DNA from: the human T2T-CHM13v2.0 reference genome, Homo sapiens | Assembly: GCF_009914755.1 (NCBI RefSeq) | Contig: NC_060946.1 | Reading direction: 5' to 3' (one strand) | DNA length: 64,000 nucleotides | Part shown: positions 1 to 30,707 of the stretch, piece by piece | Position numbering within the stretch: position 1 is the stretch's first letter | Layout of the letters: each line of letters opens with the position of its first letter | Translations under genes and position numbers: made by a program | Notes under the pieces: model-generated | Databases searched by the model: none | What the model saw: the letters and a program-made list of their open reading frames with translations, nothing else | Told to the model about the DNA's origin: nothing

Positions 1-202
1 CCCACCCAACCTTAACTTTCATTTATAAATATTTTAGTACAGTGTGTATCTCTTTAGAGTTTTTTTAAAGTAATCAGAACAGTACCAACATACCTAAAAA
101 TTTAACAATAATTACTTAATATTATCAAATATCTAGTCAATACTCAAATTTCCCCACTGATTTATAATTTTGTTTATAGTTTCTGGAAGTCAAGATCCTG
201 AT

Positions 203-385
203 CTTTCTTTCTTTTCTCTTTTTTCTTTCTTTCTCTCTTTCTCTTTCTCCTTCCTTCCCTCTCTTTTTCTCTTTCTTTCTTTTCTTTCCTCTTTTTTCTT
301 TCTTTCTCTTTTTTCTTTCTTTCTCTTTCTCCTTCCTTCTCTTTCTCTCTCTTTCTTTTTCTTTCTTTCTTTCTCTCTCTCTGTC

Positions 386-401
<16 letters not shown>
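203..401. repeat. CT-rich low-complexity tract ((TTTC)n/(TC)n) abutting an Alu tail
   Basis: About 200 bp of almost pure pyrimidines on the + strand. Confidence 0.9.
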
Positions 402-2300
<1,899 letters not shown>

Positions 2301-2489
2301 ACACATCTTGCTATGAGCGGGGCAGGGACGAGACAGTCCAGGTCCGTGTCTCATGGAACTTGTGCTTTAGCTTGTGAACTGTGCATAACAGACAATGATA
2401 AAGTAAACCAAAATATTATTTCTGGACAGATATCCCAGTGTGCTCCATGGAAAGAGCCCTGTGCTGGTGGCAAAGAAACCAATTTATAA

Positions 2490-3173
<684 letters not shown>

Positions 3174-3177
3174 CTAG

Positions 3178-3673
<496 letters not shown>

Positions 3674-3799
3674 AAACAGTCATGTTCATGATAGGCTCCC
3701 ATAGAAGGTGAAGTGCTACATAGATGAAAGTTGTATTGATAGGAATGCTGTGCTTCATAAATTACTCTCATCCTATGTCTGTGTAAAAATGTAGAGATG

Positions 3800-4264
3800 T
3801 CATTTACAATAGCAAAACTTGGAACCAACCCAAATCCCCATCAATGATAGACTGGATAAAGAAAATGTGGCACATATACACCGTGGAATACTATGCAGCC
3901 ATAGAAAAGAATGAGTTCATGTCCTTTGCAGGGACCTGGATGAAGCTGGAAGCTATCATTCTCAGCATTCTAACACAGGGACAGAAAACTAAACACATAT
4001 TCTCACTCATAAGTGGGAGTTGAACAGTGAGAACACATGGACACGGGGAGGGGAACATCACACACTGGGGTCTGTCAGAGGGTGGGGGCAAGGGGAGGGA
4101 GAGCATTAGGACAAATACCTAATGCATGTGGGGCTTAAGACTTAGATGACGGGTTGATAGGTGCAGCAGACCACCATGGCACATGGATACCTGAGTAACA
4201 AACCTGCACGTTCTGCACATGTATCCCAGAACTTAAAGTAAATAATAAATAATAAATAAATAAA
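3800..4264 (+). mobile_element. 5'-truncated L1PA (L1PA7/8-like) 3' end with (AAAT)n tail
   Basis: ORF2 C-terminal DNA (ggaatactatgcagccat), 3' UTR G-rich tract, acctgcacgttctgcacatgtatcccagaacttaaagta plus tail. Degenerate TSD aaatgtag. Confidence 0.9.
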
Positions 4265-4964
4265 TGTAGTAATGTGACATTCAGTGATGGGAGAATGGCT
4301 TCCAGGCCTCCTTTTTAATTGTTATTTTTAAAATTACATTAGAAGTGTCCTTGTAGTCGCATTTATTTAACATTTCTCAAGGGAAACTTTAAATGGCAAA
4401 GAATCAGGCCAGTAGAAAAATGAAACAATGTCAGGTCTCAGAGTGACAGCCTCATCTCCGAAAGTGAGCACTGCGTAAGTAGAGGCTTCTATTTGATGGG
4501 CAGCGGCTGACATTTGTGATGTTGAGCATTGTCTGAGTGGCACCATCTGACTAACTTTAATGGCTTTTGAGAGTATAAGTGAACCTGGGTGACAAAAGTC
4601 TGTGTAGCCCAATTGGTAAGACATGGAAGGGGCTGGGAGTAGGTAGGTGGGCCTGGCTTTGGTGGCTGTGTCCTGTGGAGCCCCAGCCTATGCATGTGGA
4701 ACAGGGAGGTACCATCTCTACTTTTCCATCACATCTTAAATGGCTGTCCATGTGAGACATTGCTAAGGTAAGTCCTCAGGATGTGGTAGTTAGGATGAAC
4801 AAGCTGAGCTTCCTTCCTTCCGCCTAGGAGGCTCCTAACAGTGTCCCCTTGACCTGAGAGGTAGAAGAACTGAAAACTGCTTTTCCTCCTGTCTGTGTCT
4901 CTTAAACATTGCCCTTCCTGCCCTCTGACATGCCTTCTGTGGCCAGTGCCCAAGTACACCAGCA

Positions 4965-5260
4965 GGTTTTTAGTCAAAAACCACAGAAAACCAAACCTGG
5001 ATATGTTAAGCAGAAAAGCTCATATATATGCAGAAGGGATCTTGGGTAGCTCACAGAATCTCTGGAAAGGCAGGAAAATATAGCTCTCAGAGAAGAGGTG
5101 AGAACAAGGGAGGCTGGACAGCGAGCTCTGTGGACAAAGTCATGCCACAGAACCACCCCAGAGAGGACACTGATACCTGGACACTGCATGTTGATGCCAC
5201 CTGGGCACTGCTGCCTCTGCTGCCCCTAAGAACCAGTCATTGTTGCTGCTATCATTGCCA
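4965..5260. mobile_element. Old MLT1-type MaLR LTR fragment
   Basis: acagaaaaccaaacctggatatgttaagcagaaaag...gggtagctcacagaatc resembles the MLT1J/K/L consensus as recalled. Confidence 0.5.
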
Positions 5261-5421
5261 GGAAATAATTCTCATTCCTGTTTTTTTAAATATAAACTTT
5301 AACCTAAGTCTAATATGCGTAGAGAAAAGTAGACAAATAAGTGTTTAGCTCAGTGAATGTTCATAAAATGAACACCCTGAAAAACCACTACGCCTATGAA
5401 GAAATAAAACATGACCACCCT

Positions 5422-6390
<969 letters not shown>

Positions 6391-6399
6391 TTCCAGGTT

Positions 6400-7320
<921 letters not shown>

Positions 7321-7323
7321 TCA

Positions 7324-7862
<539 letters not shown>

Positions 7863-8310
7863 GGAGTTTGCTTTTAAAGCCAATTTTTATAAAGTATAAA
7901 AGTATAACATACATGCAGAAAAACTGGTCAATTACGAGGATGTAGCTAGTGAATTTTCATGGAGTGAGCACCTCCCTTATTTTGAATTTATTTCCCCCCA
8001 CTTATTGTTAACAAACAGTGGCTTGTCATTTACAGGCCTGTGTCCTTCCCAAGCTAGACCATTGAGGCCAGAAAGATGTGTCGTATTTATTTTTGTATCT
8101 ACTCCCTCCCCAGTTTCTAGCACAGTTCCTTTATATAGTAGCCCACAGGAAGTGCTTGCTGAATTAGAATGCAGAAGGTTGGATGGGAATTTCACAGTGA
8201 ATCAGGGTCACCTTGAGCTTGCATTGAATGGAAGTTCCATATAAGACTAAGTACTTTGCTCCAGAGTGGTAGCTTTTGGTCTTTCTGTGCATCTGGATTC
8301 AGATTCGCTG

Positions 8311-8426
<116 letters not shown>

Positions 8427-8439
8427 CCATGGACATTTT

Positions 8440-9206
<767 letters not shown>

Positions 9207-9628
9207 GTCCACACCTTGCGCTACTCAGGTCTGCTCGTGCCCTCCCATGATATCAGCTCTCCTACTTCAATGTGGGAATCTCCGTTTTCCTTGGAGAACA
9301 AAAACATCCTCATTCCTTCCCTGAGCAGGAAGGTACAAATCCCATCAGTGACAGAAGCCATTTCCTGGTGCTGGCCCACTGGGGTTACCAGGAAGAATAA
9401 AGCAAGAAGGTTGTGAAACAAGGTCATCTGCTGCTGCTGTGGCCGGTCCTGGTGTGCTCATTGTTACTCATCATTTCCCTCCTGCACTACCCACCCTAGA
9501 CCCTCTCCACTCTCCGCCAGCACTCTGGCTGGTCTGTGATGTTTGCGCTGAGTGGTCTGCATGTGTTGTTGGCCTTGCTCATTATCAGCCGTTACCAATC
9601 ATGGAAATGTTAAGAGATACCGGTGCTA

Positions 9629-9904
<276 letters not shown>

Positions 9905-10038
9905 TCAAAAAATAAATAAATAAATAAAAATAAGAGATATCCCAAGGAGTCCTCTGGGTTTTATTCCAGACATTCTCCTCCCATTTCCAAATGGGCCACT
10001 CACCTAATTCCTCATGGCAATTAGGATCAGTGACCCCT

Positions 10039-10098
10039 GGCGGTAGAGTCACTCCCCTGGCAGTAGAGTCACTCCCCTGGCAGTAGAGTCACTCCCCT
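10039..10098. repeat. 20-bp tandem triplication ggcagtagagtcactcccct
   Basis: Three near-perfect copies with one substitution. Confidence 0.95.
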
Positions 10099-10446
10099 CT
10101 TTGTTGGTCACTGGCATGAGGAGCCGTAGGTGGCCAAGTGGTTGTGGCAGTGTCCAGATCAGTGGAATCTTTGTTTCACATTCCTCCCTTACCCCAGGAC
10201 TAGATCCTCTAACCCAGCTGATCCCAAGTGTGTGAGGATGGGAAGCACACACCTTGCAAAGGGCAACCATGCGTGATGGTGAGCAGGGCCACTCCTGGAC
10301 CTGTCTGCTGTAGCTGTGGGGGACATGGCACCAGATATCAGTTGTCAGCTCAAGGCATCCTGGAGGACAGAGGCTCAAACCTGAGGGGTATTTCTCCCTC
10401 GGTGTCCCCGCTAAGCCAGTAGGCCATTCCATTGTTTTGTCAGGCT

Positions 10447-10465
10447 CGCTGCCCCCTAGTGCAGC
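10447..10465 (-). promoter_or_regulatory. CTCF-like motif (reverse orientation)
   Basis: The - strand reads gctgcactagggggcagcg versus consensus core CCACYAGGGGGCAGC/GCGC. Confidence 0.5.
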
Positions 10466-11149
10466 TGGGTTCCTGTGATTCCAGTGAATTTATGGCCAGG
10501 AGTCACTGGCACAGCTGCTAGGCTGAAATGGGCCACTTTGTATAAGGCTGTATCGAATGGAAGTCCAGGCCAGCACACGAGGCATTCAGTAACTTTGGAC
10601 CATGGTGCTGCTGGAGGCACTACAGGCAGGGAAGGCAACCTCATTACCAAAAAGCACTTCCGTTTCATGAAGGATAAATTGTGTATCCCTCCAAGGTGGA
10701 AGGGGTCTGATATAGTTAGTGGCTGTCTGGCTCTTCCCAAGGATGGGCCATATCAAGGAGGGTTCCGTGTTGGTTTCTACTGCTGGTAGATCGGGCACTC
10801 AGTGGAGCCGCGAGATGAGCCTTGGTGCTGGGGAGGCAAAAGAGGAAGGAAAGCAAGGGGAGGATGCAAAGTAACATGAGGCTTCAAGACCTCGCCACTG
10901 CTTTGCAGCAAACTGTAAGGCTCACAGAGGCCACTCATGTTCTCTGGGCTCATGGACTTCTCTGGAAGGTTTGCAAAGATACCTTGGAGAGATCTGCAGG
11001 GGGGATAAATGAAGAGCATTTCCTGGCCTGGTTTCCATCCACTTCCCATTTCCCACTGCTCATTGTTTAACCTGTGAGTCACTAACCCTTCCATACTGTG
11101 GGTTGCAAAAATCCAGCTTGTCGGTGACCACTCAGGAAACCAGATTGCA

Positions 11150-11278
11150 TACTCTGAGATGCAGTACTACTCCCAAGCCCAAAAATGCAGGGGCGACTTG
11201 GCTTAAATGGAGGAGAGAGAGAGGGGACGGAGGAGGTGCACCATTCTTAGTTGATGTACAAGGTTTGGGTCCAATACA
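11150..11278 (-). mobile_element. Remnant 5' LTR of the same ERV-L provirus
   Basis: caaggtttgggtccaataca (11259-11278) is 19/20 identical to 9187-9206, with further collinear matches (caagccca, gagagaga, aggaggtg). Confidence 0.65.
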
Positions 11279-11538
11279 ACTATGTAAGTCGCTAACCATA
11301 GATGGTCTCCATGGCCTAAAAAGCAATGCATTAACTACTACAGGCTTCCAAGTTCTGATTGCTGGAATCCTTGACAGAGGTGAGAGTGTGACTGGGGTCA
11401 TTGCGAGTATTATTTTGTTGAGAATCGGTGTAGTTAACTTAGTGGGATGTTGGTTGTGGTAAATTCTCTTGCAGTTAAATTGTACTGCAGATGTTTAGTA
11501 TTTTGTTTATATTTGTTCTAAATCAGATATCAAAGTAA

Positions 11539-16463
<4,925 letters not shown>

Positions 16464-17074
16464 GACAAATGTCTGATTGAGTGTCGAGTCATTTGACTTT
16501 AGAACTGATAGAAGAATCAAAAAAATGACAGATGATGAACAGCCAGGGAAAATAAATGAGCATTAAAAGGTAGCAGAAAATTACCAAATGAGCTCCTGTC
16601 ACTGGCAGTATTAAATGCTGGCCAATCACTCTTCCTTTTCTAACACCCTTCATGGGAAAAGATTTATTATGTCGTAGGGGTTCTGAATTTCCTTCAAGTG
16701 TCTGAGGAGTGAGTTAGATCCAGTCATGATAGTTGGATCTCCGTTTTCCGACATTGATTGTAATTGGAAATGGCATACACTTTAGTCACCTACCCTCCCC
16801 TTATTTTGATACCATTAGCTCCATCATCTTATAAGTCCGTTGTTATGAGATTGCACTATGTTTGCCCAGCCAATGCCTTCAACTAATCCATGTAGAGCCA
16901 GAGAATGGGACATCCTTGCTCTGTAGATCTCATGATAGAACAAAAGGGCAGCATCAGGGAGACATTGGCCCCAGGTGCCTCCCAGCAGGAGATGCCTCTA
17001 CGTCTGCCCCCTCAGGCTCTGGGCCTCCAATTTCAGTTTTAATGGCAGGATCCCAACCTGCTCCAACTCTGTAG

Positions 17075-18378
<1,304 letters not shown>

Positions 18379-18762
18379 CCAACTCCATGGTTCTAAGACT
18401 TAAAGGAAAGAGTTTAGCATAGAGTCCGAAGGCTGATCTGTCTTGAGAGACCTGGGCAGTCATTCTGCCATTTCCTGGTGTCTGCAAAGCTTTAGACCAC
18501 ACCAGACACTCCCTGCACACGTGGCACCAATGCAGGCTCCCGTCCCTCTGCCATTCCCCACAGAGAGCAGTCGTGGCCTTAGAGTCCCCCTCAACCAAGC
18601 CACGACCAGGCAGTTCCAATAGGCATCATCTCCCAACTTTGACTCCAGGGCCTCTCCCAGCTCTGAGGGTCTGAGATTCTGAGGATTTGCCTGGAGGGTT
18701 TCTTTAGTCTGGAGCCATTGAGATTAGGAGCCTCACCCCATTCCTTCTCTTACATCCTACAG

Positions 18763-18971
18763 AAATCAGGGTGAAATGGCCCACACGTGCCGTGGAACCA
18801 TCAACCTGTCCACCGCGCACATTGACACGGAGGACTCTTGTGGTATCTTGCTGACCAGTGGGGCCAGGAGCTACCACCTCAAGGCCAGCTCAGAGGTGGA
18901 CCGGCAGCAGTGGATCACCGCCCTGGAGCTGGCCAAGGCCAAGGCTGTCCGCGTGATGAACACTCATTCAG
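18763..18971 (+). CDS. OSBP2: OSBP2/ORP4 internal coding exon (likely exon 2, 209 nt), C-terminal part of PH domain
   Basis: Acceptor ccttctcttacatcctacAG ends at 18762 and donor CAG|GTAGTG starts at 18972. Translation (R)NQGEMAHTCRGTINLSTAHIDTEDSCGILLTSGARSYHLKASSEVDRQQWITALELAKAKAVRVMNTHS matches the OSBP-family PH domain and the ORP4 sequence as I recall it. Phase 2 start, phase 1 end. Confidence 0.95.
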
Positions 18972-19346
18972 GTAGTGAGCACTTGGGACAGCGGGTGTGT
19001 ATATGGTGGTGTCATGAGTCTGGAGGAAGTGGGAATTGCAAGCCACTGGTGGGCAGTGGTGGCCAGGAGACCCAGGCCAGCGTGGATCAATCTGGAAGGT
19101 CAAGGTGCGTGCATGTTCTGTGCATCGTCAGCAGTGAGAGACTCAGCCATTCTGTCTGGCGAGCAGTTCTTGGCATGGAAATGTTTTTGGTGGGCAGGAG
19201 CTGTGTGTGCCTTTCTTTGGGCTAGTCAGGACTTCAGCAGACCCTTCAGATGCTGCAGTGGGTTAGGTCCAGAAGCAGCAGTCAGTCTGTGCCTCAAGCC
19301 AGCCGTTTCCCCAGGTTCCCCCATCGTGGAGAGTGAAACCATTTAG

Positions 19347-20025
<679 letters not shown>

Positions 20026-20099
20026 GTAATATTTTAACATGACTCATAAACCAACAGCTTCTAAATCCTACACAGTGAGGTCTTGTCTTTGACTCCTGG

Positions 20100-20560
20100 T
20101 TCCCAGTCACTCACCCCATTCTCCTACCAAGAGGCAGCCAGAGATACTTGTATCTTCACATGTATATTCAAATAGGTACTTATTTCAAAATAACTGCATT
20201 CACTGCCTTCTTTATTTTCCATTTAGCAATATGTCTTGGAAATTTTCCCTGTCAATATGTAAAAAGCCTCCTCCTTGTTCTTACAACAGTGTAGTATTTC
20301 ATTGTATGGGTGGACCATAGTTTATGTAACCTATAGCTTGTTGGTGAGCATTTGGGTTGTTTTCCTTATTTTGTTGTGACATACTGTGCTGCCATGAGTA
20401 ACCTTGCAAGTACTTCATTTCATGCACATGTGAGTATAAATGAAACTTATGTTCCAGGAAGCCGGCTTGCTGGGTCAGTGGGCGCGTACATTTGTAATTC
20501 TTCAAGGTATTGTCAAACTGCCTTCCACAGGGGTTGTGCCATGGAATGTTAACAGGAGTG
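20100..20560 (-). mobile_element. Old L1ME-like fragment
   Basis: tagtatttcattgtatgg...gagcatttgggttgtttt...gtcaaactgccttccacag motifs. Confidence 0.6.
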
Positions 20561-22070
20561 TGTGAGGACACACACCTCCCACAGCCTTGCCTGCCCAGAG
20601 CTACAGTAAATGTTTCTGATGGTTGAAAAATGTGTCTACACATGCAACAGTGATCCTTCTGAAGTCATTAGTGGAATGGTGTATTCCACAGACCTATGTG
20701 TTTGTCTGGGGAGGCAGGGCTCCAGGTGAGAAGGGGGCACAGCCCCTGCTCTCCCAGACTATCTTGGAGACTGGGTGGGGAGATGGTGAGTCCTGTGGAA
20801 GGAGCTCCAGCATTTGGCAGGATGAGAGCTAGTGATGTTGGTCCTTATGCCCCATCCCTGTCTCCCATGTTGGGGTCTGTCTCCCAGCTCTAGGGTCTCA
20901 GTGAGTATTAAAGGGCACTGAAAACCAGTCTGACTTTCTCTTTTGTCTCACTCATTTGGAGCATGGGTCACCTGCTTGGTGACTGTTCTCCCTGAGGTGT
21001 CAGCACTCATGTAGCTCTCGTATGTCAGCAATGATGCTGAGCTTGACGGCGGTCCCCCGGGTACCACTCCATCACCCAGTGAAGGAGGCAGGTGGGACCA
21101 TCTCAGACATGGGCTGTGTTGGGACCCCCAGAAGGACCTGTGGTCTCAGTTTGTATGCCTGTGGGAAGCCACTGTGGCAAAATCTGTGGCTGCTGGCACA
21201 GCTGGGCTCAGGGCACTCACACTGGCCAAGTAAGGATGCTAACTAGAGATCTAGCTTCCTCTCCCTGGTTTCGCTTTTCTAAGTATAAATAAATAAATAA
21301 ATGATAAATTGCCTTATTTTTTAGGAACTTCTTGAAAATAATGCAGCAGGTGGCAGTCATGGGATTAGTCATCCGGCAACAGTTTTCCTACGACAGCCAG
21401 TGCGAGGGGTTTCTTTTGCAGTTGGCAGGGTGCGGAGGTGAGGGCGGGGAGGAAGGAAGTGCTTGTTAACTCAGCTGGGCAGTGCTGGAGACTGCTGCCC
21501 AGACTTCATCTAGGGGAGAAGGGGACCCCTGAGGGAGTAACCTTAGGCTCAGCTTCCTTCATTGTATGAGATGCAGCACAAGTGCCAAGAGGGCAGCCTT
21601 CTGGGCAAGGGCACAGGACAGAGACAAATGTCCAGGTAACCCTCAAGGTAGGATTCCTCTCCTGTTGGCTTTTTGAAGCATGAATGAACCATGTATGTGA
21701 AGGAAAAGCCTTCAGACGGCTACTCTGTGTTTATGGAAAGATTGGGACCACCTGATTATGTCTTGGAAAATAGCCCTTTTGATGGCCTTCTGTTAAAGGC
21801 AAGGTCCTCCTCTCTAAGCTCTCAGGCTGATGTGAGAGAGTTGTGGTTTGTAACTTTTTGCCTGTCTTGGAGTCAGCTTGGGGCAGCCTTGAATGAGAGA
21901 AGATGGCCTAATGTCGCTCTCCTTGGGCCTGGCTGATGGTGGCCAGCTGGGTCAAGGACATAGATAGCACTTTAGGCAGGCCACTGTGGGTTATCCCGGG
22001 GCCTGTTTTCTTCTCCTGAACTGAGAACCCTGTCTCATCCTGCTGGAAGCCTACTTCCTACTTCTGCTTA

Positions 22071-25140
<3,070 letters not shown>

Positions 25141-25441
25141 ACATCCACACACACGTATAAAATTATCTTAAGTGGCTTGCTAGTGGTCGTTGGGTAAAAT
25201 CCAAGCTCTTCCTCACATTGGCGGTGCGGTAAGGCCCCGTGTGATCAGGCCCCTGCTGGCAGCCTCCTTTCCTCCTCTTCCTTGCCCCACCCACTGGGCT
25301 CAGCTCTGCTTCAGGGCCTTTGTACTTCCTGGTCTCTCTGCCTAGAACACATCTGACTGGTGTCCCATCTTCGGAGCTCAGCCTAATGTCACCTCGAAGT
25401 ACTTTAAGCTGTTCCTCTCTCTTGAGACATCTCCATTATAG

Positions 25442-25975
<534 letters not shown>

Positions 25976-26247
25976 AAACTAAAAAACTTCCAAGACCCCC
26001 GAACCATTTAAATTGTTTATTGTTCATCTCCTCAATAGAACCTAAGTTCCTTGAGGGCAGAGAGAGCCTGTATGTCTGCCTGTATGTCTTGTTTTCATGG
26101 TGACCTCAGGGCCAGACACTAAGTTTGTTACTGGGGTTGGTGCCTAGCAAGGATCTGTTGTGGGGCCAGTGTGCCATGACACCCTTGGCAGCACCAGCAG
26201 TGTCCTTGCAGAAGAAGACTGTGGTGTTGCGGTTCCTTTCTACCTAT

Positions 26248-27083
<836 letters not shown>

Positions 27084-27188
27084 CTGTCACCACTGGAACA
27101 AATGAACTTGTGACATTTGGCCGGAGAAAGGAAGACCAGGCAGAACCTGCTTGAATTGAAAGTTTGAAGAGTGAGGGTGTGCAAATGA

Positions 27189-27524
<336 letters not shown>

Positions 27525-28038
27525 TAGTGGAACAAGCAGAACCAGGAGTGGAAGCAGTGAGACTGATTTCTGCTTGGTCAAGAACAGAGCACACTAGGAG
27601 AGGGAGGGAGAGGTGAAGAACATAGTGAAAGGTCAGAGCCAGAGGGCTGGGCCTGACGGTCCTCCCAGTGTTTGAGTGCTGTCATTCTGGGCTAAGTTTG
27701 CATTTCTCTAACTGTTCCCTTTCCAAATTTGGTAGAATATTCTGTGGCAGTGTGGACAGAACAGTGGGCCCAGGGGCAGATCTGATGCTGGATAAGTCAC
27801 TGTGTCTCATGGTGCCTCAGCCTCTCGTCTATGGAATGAACAGTTGACCAAACTTCTCCCTAAGCCCAGCTCTGGGGCCTTGGTCAAATCAGTGAATGTT
27901 TCTGAGCTCCAGTTCCCTGTCTTTGGCATTCCTGCTTAGTTGCTGGGAGGATTACACGATGGTAAATGCAAAGTGTGTTGCACTGTGAATGCAACCAATT
28001 CCATTCATGCTGGCATTGCTGGTGGGTCATGTGCCCCA

Positions 28039-29299
<1,261 letters not shown>

Positions 29300-29835
29300 C
29301 CCAGCACTCATAAATCATCCGCCCACAGCCGGTGGCAGGAGATGGGGCAGAATCACCCGCAGGAGATTAGGCGCCCAGGGCACTTGAGAGGTGAAAGGAA
29401 AAAACTGCTTTTACTGTCTTCAAACAACTTATGTCCAACAACATGTGTCGACCCAAAATGAGGCTCAGCAGCCCCCGAGGGATTCACCTCTAGAAAGACA
29501 TTCACCTTCTGCTCAGGGCAAAGACATGCTGCTTGTGGCTGCAGGAGGGAAAGCCATGGTCATCCTGGGGGAGGCGTGCTCACACTTCCCAAAAGAGTAC
29601 CTGTGTCAGTCACAGAGGGGTCTGCAAGCTGGGACGGTAGCCCTTCCCTGCCAGCCCTTCCTCAGCCGTGGGCCTTCCCTGGAGCCCAGGACCAGGTGTT
29701 GGAGCAGAGTGCTGTTCAGCGGCACCCAGCCACCTCTGCTCACTGCAGTAGTGATTCTCTGCCTGTGCATCTAAAATTTGACCTTTTGAGGTTTTCCAGT
29801 TTTATATTTATGGCTCGAACTTGCCAGTTGCCTAA

Positions 29836-30195
<360 letters not shown>

Positions 30196-30707
30196 AGGGT
30201 TCTTATTATGCAGATGAAGCCTCCAAGTAGCAGGCTTCAGAGAGAATAGATTGTAAATGGTTCTCACCAGACTTAAAAAGGTGCCACACTCTTAGTTCTC
30301 TCCTGGATCAAGGAAAAGACCTGGAAAAGGAAAGAGATTCTCTAGAGAACATAGACTTTCCCAAGAGACAGATTTGCAGGGCCATTTCAAAATATGTCAA
30401 AGAAATGTATTTTCAGGTAAAATACTCTGATCTCTTTTAGGGCCTGCTATTTGTCATGTGATACTATACTAGAGTCAGGCTGGAACTTGGTGTCATTGCT
30501 ACAAAAAGTCTTAAGATCTCTGCTTTAATGTTAATGCTAGGCAGCTGTGCCTGAATTCCAAAGGGAGGAGGGTACAGAGGCATGTCCAACCCCCACTTCC
30601 CATCATGACCCTAGCTACTTTTTTTAGGTTAACTTTGGAATGCCCTTGGCTGAAAGGAGGAGCCCATTTACATGGTTGTGGCACTTCGAATTTTTTTTCA
30701 GTTTACA
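30196..30707 (-). mobile_element. MER4-family LTR, 5' portion only
   Basis: The - strand starts TGTAAACTG and shares aatctattctct..aagcctgctac.tggaggcttcatctgc with the 28 kb MER4. Truncated at the AluY head. Confidence 0.8.

Noticed and set aside
18776-19225. 149-aa ORF as a complete gene
   Set aside because: PH-domain similarity ends at the donor (18971); the remainder is intron read-through.
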